This document shows, in pieces, positions 22,325 through 35,000 of a stretch of 64,000 nt of DNA; position 1 is the stretch's first letter, and each line of letters begins with the position of its first letter. Below the pieces are notes generated by a model, which saw only the letters and a program-made list of their open reading frames with translations, was not told the DNA's origin and ran no database searches. The position numbers and the translations under genes were made by a program. This stretch comes from Klebsormidium nitens (taxonomy: Eukaryota; Plantae; Klebsormidiophyceae), in NCBI GenBank assembly GCA_000708835.1, contig DF236965.1, positions 1 to 64,000 of the forward strand, given 5' to 3'.

Positions 22325-25300
22325 TCATTTCTTTTGCAGCTGTGGCGGGACCCACACGTACCTGGAAACGGTGTGGCATGCCGGGTAAGTTTTCTGCCAG
22401 CTGTCAAGCTGAAGACACACGACTCAAAGGAAAATGCTAGTACGTTGACAGCCTGTTTCTATAGGGCTAAGGCATGTCGCTTGACGACCAGCATCATCAA
22501 AGAGCTCTCAGACAGCTGAGGTACTCAGTGATAGCGTGTGATACGAAAAGCTGACCGCTTGTGCCGTGTCTACGCACAGAACAAAGCCGGAGGATATGAG
22601 CGGACAGCCGGAGATGCAGGTCAGACAGGCCAGGAACCTGGACGGAAAGCTCGTTATCAGGCCTTTCAACGACTCCGTTATAAACCAACCCCTGGCCCTG
22701 CTAAGAAACAACATTGCAATCAGCCAACAAATTAGAAAAGGAGGCGACGATGAGAGGCGGCGCCCGGTGTGACTTGCCCGCTTGTGCGCTGGAAGCCGTA
22801 CGCTCCAATGAGTTCGTCGGACTCGGGGGGGCCGCGACCTCCCTGCTTATAGAGCGTCGGTTTCTTCTTCTCCTCGTCGATCTTGTGCAGGATGGGGGTG
22901 AAGATCTCCCAGGCACGCTTCAGCTCGTCCCGGCGGAGGAAATGCTGCTGATCGCCCCGAATCCTGCGACCCGTATTCACTTTGGTCAGCAAATGGACCA
23001 GCTTTTGAATGGGCCCAAGCTCACAAGATGGACTCGTTCTGAGTCGACAGTTCTATTCGCCTTCTTCCAGATGTTCGCGCTGACCTCAGGGTCGTTGCTA
23101 TTTCTCTACTGGATCCACCAGTCGACAGTTCTGCAATTCCGCGAGCGCAAAAGAGGCCTCGCCTTTTAAAACGAGTGTGCCTGACTGGGACCTTTCGAAA
23201 GCAGGTAGCGTTTTTGCGACTCACACGTCGAGAAGCAGGCGTTCGTACGCCTCGGGGATGTTGATCTCGGCGTATCTGTCGCGGTAGGACAGGTCCAGCT
23301 CGCTCTGCGACGCCTGCATCTCCAGCCCGGGCTGCTTGACGGTCATCTTGAGGTAGATGGCCTCCGCCGGCTGCAGCCGCAGCACCAGCTCGTTGCGCCC
23401 CTGCTTCTTGCCTGTGCAAACCATCCCGCCGCATCATTCACAGATGTGGGAGAGACGCGCCAATAACTGTTGCTGGAACTTTAGACGCTTCGACCATGGT
23501 TTGTTGTTTCTTTCATGCCATTGATTTGTGATACGTCGTCTAAATCTGGGGAGATTCTGGATGGACCTATTTGCTGAGTGTTTGAAGGACACGGGTTTCG
23601 CTGAACCGCTGGTCTTTGGTCAAACGTTTGGTCGACCGGAGCAGCGAGATGTGTGCAGAGAACGTCGATCAAGAGGATCACAGATGCTCCTTGATTCTAC
23701 GGATACTGGTTTGAGCCGGAAGCACGCTGTGCACCTAAGGTGGTTCTGAGGCTCGCTCTTGCCGGTTCAAGTCCACTCTTCGCCGGCAGGCGAACTTTTG
23801 ACGGAATCCAACGTGGAACAATCAGAAACAATGCAAGCCCTAGTCGGGTCGGGCTACAGCCACAACAAGAATCTTCATTTCGCAAACAGCTTCCGGGCCT
23901 GGGTTAGATCATCTTAACCAGCGGTGTTGGTTAAGAAGGACGGGCCCCCTTACATTTGAAGATGTCGCCGGGCGTGTCCTTGAACTGGATGCGCACCTCG
24001 GCCTTCCGCTGGTCGAGGCACTTGCCCGCACGCAGAATGAAAGGCACCCCTGCAACGAGCATCGGGCAGCACATGTCAACGTAACTCCTTGCACAACCAG
24101 GACCCCGCAGCCAGCCACGCAAACCTGTCGGTTGTATGGAACCGAGGACGCAGACGTCGTCCGGGTGTGAACGAATGAGCGTTCAGTGCCGGACGGTAGC
24201 ATAGGCGAGCAAAGTAAGTACAAGTATGACCCATGCTTAACTTGCAAAAGATTGAAAATTACAAACTTGGCTGTTGCGCCTGCTTGACTCAGAGACAATT
24301 CATTAGACACTGGCAACCTGCGACGAACATCACGGCAAAGCGGAGTGTTCTCACACAGGACCTGGCTTCTACTGAAAGCACGTCAGCAGCAGATAAGCTT
24401 GCGTCCCCGTTTCCTGGGAAAGAGCCGCTTACCGTCCCATCTCTCGTTGTTGATCCTGAGCACGATGGTGGCGAAGGTGGGCGTGTGCGAGTCGTCCGGC
24501 ACGGTGTCGTCGTCAGTGTAGCCCTCGTACTGGCCGAGCACGCAGTCGGCCAGGGTGGGCACGCCGATGCTCTTGAGTACCTTCACCTTCTCGTCGCGCA
24601 CGTCCTCCGGGTCTAGCGACACCGGCTTCTCCATCGCAACCAGGCACAGCACCTGCAACGCCGCACCCAAAAACTTCACGGTACAAGCACAAGCCCCATT
24701 CTTCTCACGTATAAGCGTAAAAGGGGGGGTTGCCGCCCCTCCAACCGCCCCGCCTCTCTCCCTTGCGTCGTTGCACGAATGTGACCGATAATGGCTCCCT
24801 CTTCCTTCCGAAGCACTTCAGCTGTGTCCATGTAGGGCAATCTCGGTTCCAGCTGTGTGTGCGGTTGAACCACGATGATCCGTACGGGGATGGTCAACAC
24901 AAGCACGAAAGACGGCACTTTTCCTCTTGGAAACCTTTTCGGAGAAATGGCAAACATGACCATGAGACCGCGGCAGAGGCTCGGCGTCACTGAATATCTT
25001 GAACTTAACCGAGCGCTTGACTACGGCTCAAAGACGACACAGACGGCCTAGCAGGGCAGTGAAAAAGAGAAAGAGAGCAGCCAGAAGAGAACGTGAGGTT
25101 ACCTGCATAAGATGGTTCTGAATGATGTCCCGGATAATCCTGGATCCGAGAGGAAGAGAGCGTCTGTGAGCCTTTCCGAAGATAATTTCTAGAACGAAAG
25201 CAATCTAGAGCAGAAACGAACGGTTTACAATGATGTGATTCGGCTCGGACCGCAACATGGATACTCACTGAGATTGGCGGAGCCTGGACAATCGATTGAT

Positions 25301-27930
25301 TGACAGGTTCTGTTGCACTAAAAGAACGAAGGACTCGGGGGCGTAAGTATGGACGCATGAGCAGTTCGGCAAATCCTCCATCCTCCTGGTAGTCGGTGAA
25401 CGAAGTGAGGCAGGCGCGCTCACCCAAACTCGTCGAAGTAGCCCCCTCGTCCCTCGGTTCCGAAGGGCTCCTTAAACACGATCTGGACGTTGGAGATATG
25501 CTCCGCGTTCCAGAGCGGGACCAGGAACCGGTTGGCAAACCGCATGACTAACTGCACAGCGCCAGCAAAATCTTGTCAGGGCATCGCTCCGGAACTGGAG
25601 CCGAAAGTCGCAGAAGCCTTGATGCAACGACCCCTTTCATAGGTAGTGCGAGTTGTTAATCTAAGTTGTCAACGTGCAGATTGCCCTTGCATCCAAACAA
25701 CTTATACTCAGAAGGGTCAAGGTGTGGAAGAGGTCGCTGTCTGCCACTGACAAGCTGAAGCCTGAAAGAGTATTCTCCGTCAAGGCTAGACCTTTTCAGG
25801 CGTCTCTCTGGGCATTACAACAGGGTGCGGTCTGGACTGCGAAAAGACTGCGGAGGCCCTTACGAGGTTCTGGACGATCTCCTTGCCCAGGTAGTGGTCA
25901 ATTCTGTACAACTGGTCCTCCGTAAAGAGCTCCCCCAGTTCCCCGCTCAACTTCTCCGCCGACTCGAGGTCCTTCCCAAAAGGCTTCTCAATCACAACAC
26001 GCGTCCAACCCTCTGCATTGCAGAAAGCAAGGCATACCATCTCAATTGCAGGCACAAAATCGGGTATCCGCTCTCGTTTTTCAACATCAAATTTCCTTGA
26101 GTGCATGAAAGCTAGTACCACATGAGCAGCATGTCGGTCACGAATAGCAATCCTTGAACCGCAGCGCCCCAAAAAGCAGGTTTTCGTCCCTTGTGATCAG
26201 CAATTGCACATTCAGATTTCCCGCCTTCAAATGATCGGAAGCTTCGTCCAAGAACGCCAGATGGAGATGCTGGCATAAAATACACTGAGCGACTGCTTGC
26301 CCATCTCCAGAATGTTGTGGTTGACCACATTGTCTACTTCTAAGTTGAAAGACATTGGACAGGGCCCAGGGCTTCTCATGTCACAAGGAGCTTCAGATAG
26401 AATCTGTTTCTAAGAGCAGTATGAAGCACCCCTTACGTGCGAGTGTTTACATGTTCAAACCTCACCTTTGGCCATACAATGCTTCCTGACCATTTTCGCA
26501 ACCAGGGGGTAGACACTAGGAGGCAGCGCCATGTAGAACAGGCGGCGGTGAGGCCCCTCGTGTGCTGTCTGCTTCTCCCAATCTTCAACCAGCTTGTCTA
26601 GTTTCTGAAAGCCAGCATCTTCATCATAGCCCCCAGAAGTATAGGTGATCAACTTGACAAAGTCGTTGGCGAGCTGAGCAGGGTCTGTCTTCTCGTCTGT
26701 CTTCTGCAGTCAGGTGCAGTTGCCCCTGTTCAGAAAGGAGCTGAAGGCTAGACGCCCTTACAGCGTCGCAGCATTGGTAGGATGCATGAGCAATCTGCAT
26801 TTTACCAGGAACGAGTACATCATTGCAACCAAAAGGATGGTCGTACCGAAAGAAAGAATTGCCACAAATCAGACTCAACACAGCGCATCGTTTCACTTGC
26901 CAGGTTTGGCAGCCAGTAAGAGGATGGGGTGATTATCTTACGCCGCCTGTGAGATAACCCCGGAGCCTGTCCTGCAGGTCTTCATCTGTCAACTTGGAAC
27001 GTGCGTAGCCAAAGAGCTTAGTACTCTCAGAGGGGATGTAGTTCTGGAGGCAGAACAGGGGCAGATTGTCAGATCCTGTTGTGACGATCACCAGTACTTG
27101 CATGCCCTGGAGAAATTCTTGGTCATGATATAGATTCGATGGAACACCCCTTCAATTCCAGTTCCAGTACCTTGTCTACCTTAAGTGGCATGTCTGTACG
27201 TGAGGTTTAGCTTCAAACCACAGTGTATTGGACCCATTGAGGGGATCACCATGAACCCAGTAAAGACAGGGGATCCGCTTTCAGGCCGGTTGTCCAGCTT
27301 TGTTCATTGGCTACTTCAAAGAAGGGGAAGGAAATAAAAGCAGTGATTGAAAGATGGGCACGCTCGAAATGCTGAACACATTTGTAGAGTAACATGAAGT
27401 AGAGTTTACTCTTGTCCAGCAAGGAGTGTAAATGTGACAAGCTGCCACTTTGAAGGTAGACCTGGGCAACAATGTGGCCCAGGGCTGAAGCTGAAAGACT
27501 AGTCAGACTGAATGCAATTCCAGAAAGACAAGTACGAACCAAACCTATCTGAAACGCAGTGTAGATTTCAAACACAGCATTCGGTGAACATGGATACTCT
27601 CAATCGATTCCTCTCTTGCGCATGTAAATGCAGTTCATGCCAGCCAAAGGGTCAGTCAGAGGACCCATGTTACTGTGACATTCAAAATCGAAGTGCCTAG
27701 GTTTCAGAAGGAGCCTTATTTTTAATGGAAGTGTATCTGACCTGTTTGAACAGGGCGAACAGAGCAGGAAACGTTTTCTTTTTGGCCAGATCTCCTGAAG
27801 CCCCAAGCACTACAATTGCAAGGCTGCCCCCTTCATCCTTGATTGGATTTGACGATGTGTCTCCACCTGGCGTCACGCATTCCAAGCTTGGCGCAACAGC
27901 TTCTACTTTGGACGTTTCTTCGCTGGCCAT
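22325..27930 (-). CDS. G6PD: Glucose-6-phosphate 1-dehydrogenase, cytosolic type; 11 exons
   Basis: Exons 27930-27742, 27043-26942, 26703-26466, 26012-25864, 25551-25424, 25139-25103, 24652-24433, 24049-23954, 23411-23225, 22963-22778, 22361-22325. Motifs [77 protein letters not shown]. No transit peptide. The last intron has a GC donor. Confidence 0.97.
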
Positions 27931-28140
27931 GGTTCTTGAAGATTGGGTCTACCACCACGAATCAGGCAAAGGATCGTGCTGGATTGATCTCAAAGCGCCC
28001 TTCCAGATGACTTCTGCACTTTTGAACCTGATTGGAGCATTTCCAGAGGCCCGTTCAGCTCAGCAACTGCGCATGGACGAAGGATCAGATTCGTAGACTT
28101 CTTTTCGCTGCGGCGGCACCATGAGCAGGCAGAGCGGCAG

Positions 28141-28700
28141 TAGGTACTCATGAACATGTGCCTAGGTATTACCGGTACCTATAAGGGCTATGGTACCGGT
28201 ACGGGTACCAACCTAATGTGCGGTAGGTACCTATACGATTGGGAGTACCTACTGTACCCAGTTAAGTAGGTACCCCGTACCGCACCGGTACTAGGTGGTG
28301 GGCTCAGCTAGCTCGCAGTCGAAGGAGTCCTAAGTGGGAATGTAAGAAGTTCACGGACGCGGGTCACTTTTACGGGGGGAGAAATATCGGCATTTGACAC
28401 CCTCAACGGTTTCTCCGCAGTCTTGCGCATGTTCATAGGTAGGTATGTGTGGGCACTCTCGAGCTTTGATCGCCCGTCACCTTCCCGATTGCCTGGTAAG
28501 TTGCGAGCCAATCAGATCCTTTGATAGTGACATGTGGGATAGGGGTAGGTACCGGTGTAGATCTTGGACACGGCAGGATACCGGTAGTACCGTACCTGTG
28601 CTAGGTAGTAGGTATGGCTTCGTTGAGCTGGTAGCCTTAGGTACCTACCTAAGACAGACAACGGTCTTGAACGGTACCGCTTTTGGGTTTGCCGGTACAC
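28141..28700. promoter_or_regulatory. Putative bidirectional promoter region (G6PD / cyclophilin) with two GTAC-dense blocks
   Basis: Lies between the divergent start codons at 27930 (-) and 28877 (+). I count 11 GTAC in 28144-28291 and 6 in 28549-28698. The regulatory role is inferred from position only. Confidence 0.4.
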
Positions 28701-28876
28701 CATCATCTTCCACACTGTGACTCAGCTGGAGCGAACGACTCCAGAGTCCAATCCTGCCTGTGTTGAATTCAGCTGCGCAGAATGAAAAGTAGATCTTTGT
28801 TCAGACCACTTCACCTGCATCCAGCCAGGAGGTTTTCGATAGACGACCATTTGCGTTCATCCCCTTCGCTATCACG

Positions 28877-31319
28877 ATGGCCAACCCGAAGGTGTTCTTG
28901 GATATGACCATTGGCGGTGCTCCCGCTGGACGGATTGTGATTGAGGTCAGTCTTTGCAATGATTCTGAGTAGTGTGGGTGAGCTTCTTCGCTGTAAATTC
29001 TGATTTGCGGCATCTTCAATTTGATTGTTTTGTTATTACTGTTTTTTGCTGTGGTCCAGATCGGAAGTCGTGTTTGTTTGCTTGCCTTTTTTTGTCAGAG
29101 TGGCCTCATGCATGCATCTGCTTGCAGGTATGTATACATCCTGTCTGGTTGCCATATCGATACATTTTGTGGTGCTAATCCGTGTCATTCTGCCTTCTTT
29201 GCTATGATCCAGCTGTTCAAAGACGTTGTGCCCAAGACAGCTGAGAACTTCAGGGCTCTTTGCACTGGTAAGGGTTCTCAAAGTTTCCATTCTTACGGTA
29301 TATCCACAATTTGGGGAAACTCTTGTTTTTATTTGTCAGAGGAATTTGTACTCTGCTGATTAGAGCACATTAGGTCAGGGGGTTGTATACCAAGATAGAG
29401 GGGTGCGTTCTTTCAGCACAAAACATTTGAATGATGGACATGCAATATCGTCCAGAGAAACTCGTGGGTTAAACAGTCAGATTCAGCGCATTACTTTCCT
29501 GTTGATGCAGGGGAGAAGGGTATTGGCAAGTCTGGCAAGCCCCTGCACTTTAAGGGAAGCAGTTTCCACAGAGTGATCCAGAACTTCATGTGCCAGGTAA
29601 GCCTCTTAATTTTATGAGCATTTGTTCAAAATTCAGTGTTCTAGGCCAGCACCAAAGTGTTTCGTCACTGGTTTTCATTCTGTGGTGCAGGCTCTCAAGT
29701 CAGATCCTTCAAGTTGGAAATTATAGCCTAAGTAAGGCTTTCTTCCATGTTTTGTTGCCTCTTCCTCTCTTTTCTCCCAATCAATTGCGCAAGATGGAGA
29801 CAGAAAGTGCTGACTATCGCTGATACTCCCTTCTTTTGTGAAGGGTGGTGATTTCACAAGGGGCGATGGCACCGGTGGAGAATCGATCTATGGAAACAAG
29901 TTCCCGGTGAGCGAAAATGCAGCTGAATGCACGCATTTGTGATGTGCTGGATCAAGCAATTTAGTGCACTGTAATCAAAGTCCTATAGGAACCAAACATG
30001 CAAAAGGTCGATCAAACATTTTAAACATCAAATCTTCTGCATATCAAGGAGTGACACATTGGCGCACCAACACCCTACTTCTGAGTTGTCCAGTTAGGTT
30101 TCCAAGCACTATGCCTCAGAAACTGTATGCTGTAGAAAGCATCTGCCAGAAAATGGTATTGCAGGTGTTGTTGGCTGAGTGCAGCAGCCTTTGCATGCTG
30201 ATCATGCCGTCTGGAAAGAACCCTTCTTTGGAGGGTCTTGTGTGCAACCTGAGAACTTGATCTCCCAGCAGGCACTGGTGGTTGTCATTCAACCCTAATT
30301 ACAAACCCTGATCAAGACGGATACCCGCTTCTTACCGTCCCCTGTTGCTGATTCTTCTGTTTCTCCTGTTTCTGTTTCTCCGGGCTGGGCTAAATAGCCC
30401 GAGGCGCATCTTGTCATCAAGTTAAACTCACCTTAGATAAGCCTGCCACGCGTCTGCAACGAAGTGTCCCATGCATCCCTTTTGTGAAACGTCTCCTCTT
30501 TTCTGTGTACAGGATGAGAACTTCAGGCTGAAGCACACTGGCCCTGGAGATTTGTCCATGGCAAATGCTGGTCCCAACACCAATGGTTCGCAGGTGAGTT
30601 GTGGGCAGATCATCATCAAATACCGTCTTGCTCCATGATTGCTGATTGGTTTTTTGGTCTTGATGAAATTCCATCTCGTTTTTGTGCAGCCATCTACCAT
30701 GTGTGTCTGTGTGTTTGTGATCCAGTAATAAGCGCCATGCTTCCAATCAAGGAAGTCAGAAAATGTATTACAAGTTTTTGACCCTGTCCACTTGTATTGC
30801 AGTTCTTCTTGACGACCATCAAGACTGAGTGGCTGGACGGCAAGCACGTTGTGTTTGGCAAGGTTGTCGAGGGCCTGGACGTGGTCAAGAAGATTGAGGC
30901 CGTCGGTTCTCAGAGCGTAAGTCTCTTCTGCCAGAACCTTGCAGCTTCTGAGCAGCTGTCTCGATACATAAGGTGAAACGGAGTGCAAATCCTTGTCTAG
31001 TGGCTGTGGTGTACGATCAGAGTATGATTTCAACTAGGTCTCCTTTGATGAGATTGCAGACAAGTAGTCAGATTCTGTTTTCACAGACGAAAAATCTATG
31101 ACAATTCGAAATCTAGATGTAGAGACCGTATAGGTCCCTGGTCATTGTGTTAAAAAGTTCAAGCGACCTTCCTCTTACATGCCTCAGTTACCATCGATTT
31201 TTATCTATGATGAGCTTTTGCTGTGTGTTTTTGATGCTGACTTGGCACGTCACCATTTGTGGATGCAGGGCAAGACATCCAAGGCGGTGGTTGTCGCTGA
31301 CTGCGGGCAGCTGTCTTAG
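28877..31319 (+). CDS. Cytosolic cyclophilin (peptidyl-prolyl cis-trans isomerase), 172 aa, plant divergent-loop ROC/CYP18-19 type; 7 exons
   Basis: Exons 28877-28945, 29213-29267, 29511-29596, 29844-29906, 30513-30593, 30803-30916, 31269-31319 sum to 519 nt. Motifs [71 protein letters not shown]. It has the [10 protein letters not shown] loop and both Cys typical of this subgroup. Confidence 0.97.
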
Positions 31320-32082
31320 AGTGTGTTGTGAGAAAGACGTATGAAAGATGAGTTAGGCAAGCGTTTTTTGACACTGCAGCGGTAGACCGTGGTTTTTGCC
31401 GGAGTGATGTGCTCCAGACGCATTTCTGTGTGTTTTGCAATGTTGTCCTGCCGCTTTTCATTGCATGAGGGGACAAATACCAAAATGGCGAAGCTCATCC
31501 CTCCATGTGGAATGTGGTTGACTGACCCCGGTGGGCGGAGGCACTGATTCGCTTATGTATGGATTTGCACTTGAATGTCTTTGCTATACTGGAGTACCGC
31601 TCATGGTACTCCAAACCTAATCAATAGATTGCATGTGCAATTTTGCTGGAGGTACCATCAGCTCTTCCCAGATGTGCTATCTCATACCATAGCTATATAC
31701 CATGTGACCATATGCGCAGTTCATCATTGGCGATAAAGCTGGCGAACTGAAGTGTAAGCTAGCTTATAGCTAAGCTAGGAAAACCTGGGGCATACAGAAA
31801 GATCCTCGTCCATGCCGGATAGGCTATGTATACTCATATGTTTCCATGATGCTGGCATGATGGCTGACGTCTAAGAAACCTTTCCATCTGGCCGGTTTGA
31901 TTGAGATGGCGGCATGAAATGTAAACGCGTATGGTACAAGGATTTGCATACCCTTTGAAACGAACAACTCCTGAAATATTACCTCTGGTGCACCCATTGT
32001 CTGTGGCCGCGTGAATAGCTTCGATTTTTGAGTTGCAATCATCTAAGTTTGGATCGAACAGTGAGATGCTGCGGGCCGCGAG

Positions 32083-35000
32083 TTACTCTAGGAGGCTGTC
32101 TATCTCATCCGAAGCCTGATTTGCACCGTCGACATCAGGATTTTCAATCTTGTTCCGTTCTTTTGCCAGTTGCCTTTGCACAAGCTTTCCATAAACCCCA
32201 CCTGCAACGACAGAATTTTGCTGTAAGATCACTCAACCCCAGACACATATGAAGCTCCACATGGCAGAAAAGCACAACACCGTCTGCTTAAGACGCGCCT
32301 CAAAGTGAGATGTAGAAGGAAAGGTGCGTCCTTCCAAACAAAACGAGCAACATCCACATGAACACAGCCTTTAGGCGCGCGCATTGCTGACCTTGCCGCA
32401 GCAGGTCGTCGTGCGTCCCTTGCTCCACCACCTTCCCTTTATCCAGCACCACAATCGTGTCCGCATTTTTCACCGTACTCAGCCGGTGGGCCACGAGGAC
32501 CACCGTCCGCCCGCCCTGCTGGATCAACCGATCCAGCGCCTGCTGCACCTGGGCCTCGCTCTCGCTGTCAAGGGCGCTAGTCGCCTGCACCAACGGGAAG
32601 CAAGACGGGTTTCCAAAGCTGTTCGTGATGGAAACAACAGCTTTCAGATAGAAAGGGTCCCAATGTTGCAGCCAACATGCGTGCCATCAAAGCGAACACG
32701 TTGCACTTACATGAGCAATTGTGCAAATCAAGCAGAACAACCCAAAAAGAGCAATTGTGCAACTCGTGCGAACCAAAACAGAAAGAGGACCTTTCTCCGG
32801 AGTACAACCCAAATCGTGTCCCGTCCAGATTGGATCCTGCTTGAATGCTCAGGAAGCGGCGGCCTACCTCATCCAAGAGCAGTACTTTCGGCTTCCGCAG
32901 GAGCATGCGCGCGATAGCAATTCGCTGGCGCTGGCCCCCGGAGAGGCGCACCCCCCGCTCGCCCACCCGCGTGGCATACCCGTCAGGGAACTGTAGGATG
33001 AACTCGTGCGCGTTCGCATTGCGCGCGCACTCGTGCAACTCGTCCTGCACACATGACGAGAACGGACGTCAGCACCCGAACCAAAATGCTGAACCAGGAT
33101 TGGGACCGGACTTTGAAAGAACCTTCATGCTTGACAGTCTTGAGCCCTCCACAAGAAGCACGTGAAGTGGTTTGTTTATCTCAGTTTTGTGAACTGAGAT
33201 GCACTAGAACTGAAGAACCGCGCATGTCTGGACCCCCAGCCGACTGCGTGCACTTGGCACAAGTCTGCTTCGGTGTCGACGCCACAGGATTCCGATCGAT
33301 CACCCACAGCGGTGATGTGCAACTTCAATCTCAAAGTGAACCGTTCCAGCCCTGCGTGCACTCCTAAGCAAGGAGACACTCTTCTCAACAACCGCACAAT
33401 CCATTTGCGCGCACCTGGGTATAGGAATCGACGCCGTAGGTAATGTTCTCCTCGATGCTGGTGGCGAACATCTGCGTGTCCTGCGCGACGACGCCCATGT
33501 GGCGGTGCACGCTGCGCAGGTTGAGGCTGCGCAGGTCCCACCCGTCCAGCAGCACACGGCCGCCCGTCGGGTCGTAGAAGCGCATCAGCAGGTGCACAAT
33601 CGTCGACTTGCCGCCCCCGCTGCGCCCCACCAGCGCGCACACCTGGCCCGGGGCCACGTGCAGGTTGATGCCGTCCAACACCTGTGCAAAGAAGCGGGGT
33701 TTGTCAGGACTTAGAAAATGGCTTACAGAAGACAAGTAATGGGCAGGCCAGGAAAGCTGTTGGCGATTGCTCTTACGGCCTTTGTTTGGTTGGAACCGAT
33801 GGAGCAAGGAATGGCAGCTAGAGCAGTGCAGATAAGCAGCGGAATGCGCGCCCGGAATGCTGGCAAGCACAACAGACAACTCCGTAAGCCGAAAGCTCTT
33901 GATCTCAAAGCTGAAGCTAAAAGCGCGAGGAAGCGAAACGAAGAACGCGGCTGTCGGAACGCAGCCTCCAACTAGGAAGGCCCTGAGCCGCACGTCAGCA
34001 GACTTGGGAAGGCCCTGAGCCGCACGTCAGCAGACGACAATCAGAGCCCAGTCACACCAAACAGACTTAACAGGGCGGACACTACAGATAAAGCCCGGTC
34101 GAAACAAGAAACGGGCGTGCCCCACCTTCTGCGCTGGCCGCATCTGGTAGAAGAAGTGCAGATCTTCCAGCTTCATGTCGCCCTCCAGCGTGGACACCAT
34201 CGTGCCTGCGTTCGGGTCGATGTCGGGCTGCGGGGAAGAGTCAAAAATCGAGTCGGCAAAAGTGCAAGCAGAGAGGCAGTACGCATTTCGCTACCTTTGT
34301 CTAGCCGGTACACCGGAGACGACAACGGACGCACTGTGATCAGTGTTGTCCCCGCATTCGCAAGGTGCAAAGAAGGAAGGCAAGGCCCTGCCGTTGATCT
34401 TTACCCTGTCTTTCTAATTTTGACAACAAGTTGCTGGATGCACTTGCAAAATCAAAAACAGCCCTGCCTTTCTGCATCGTGCACTGCAAAGACACTCTAC
34501 TATGCAAAGACATTTTCGTGGTACCCAGCTTTACGAGCTCAGCGACTCAACCCGTGACTGCAAAGGGGCGAGCATCAACAAGCGAGGGTGTGACGTCAGC
34601 AGCCCGCTCACCAGCGCATCAACAAGAGAGAGCACGCGCTGCGCGGCCCCGGCAGCGCGTGTGAGCGACATGAGGACCTGCATCACGGTCTGGTAGCCGC
34701 TCTGGATCTGGTTCCAGTACAGCTGGAACGTAATCAGCTTGCCGATCGACAGGTGGCCCGCCATTACTAGCACGCCGCCGTACCTGCATATGCCGCCCAG
34801 GACGTCAAACAACCAGCGGTGGGGGGTGCCAAAAAAAAAAGTTGCTGTACAAGAAGGTGCATTGGGGCCGGGCTCGGATCTGCTCGCCCTGTTCGGGTCT
34901 GCTTTTCGCTTAGGACTTGTAAAGTGCGAGGCCTGGCGCAACCAAGCGTTGACTTTCGAGACCGCCCATGGGGGACGAAATGTTCAAGTTGGCTCGAGGA

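Noticed and set aside
31590-31621. Helitron 3' end (hairpin plus CTAA)
   Set aside because: The hairpin-to-CTRR spacing is only about 3 nt, and there is no matching 5' TC end or Rep/helicase remnant.
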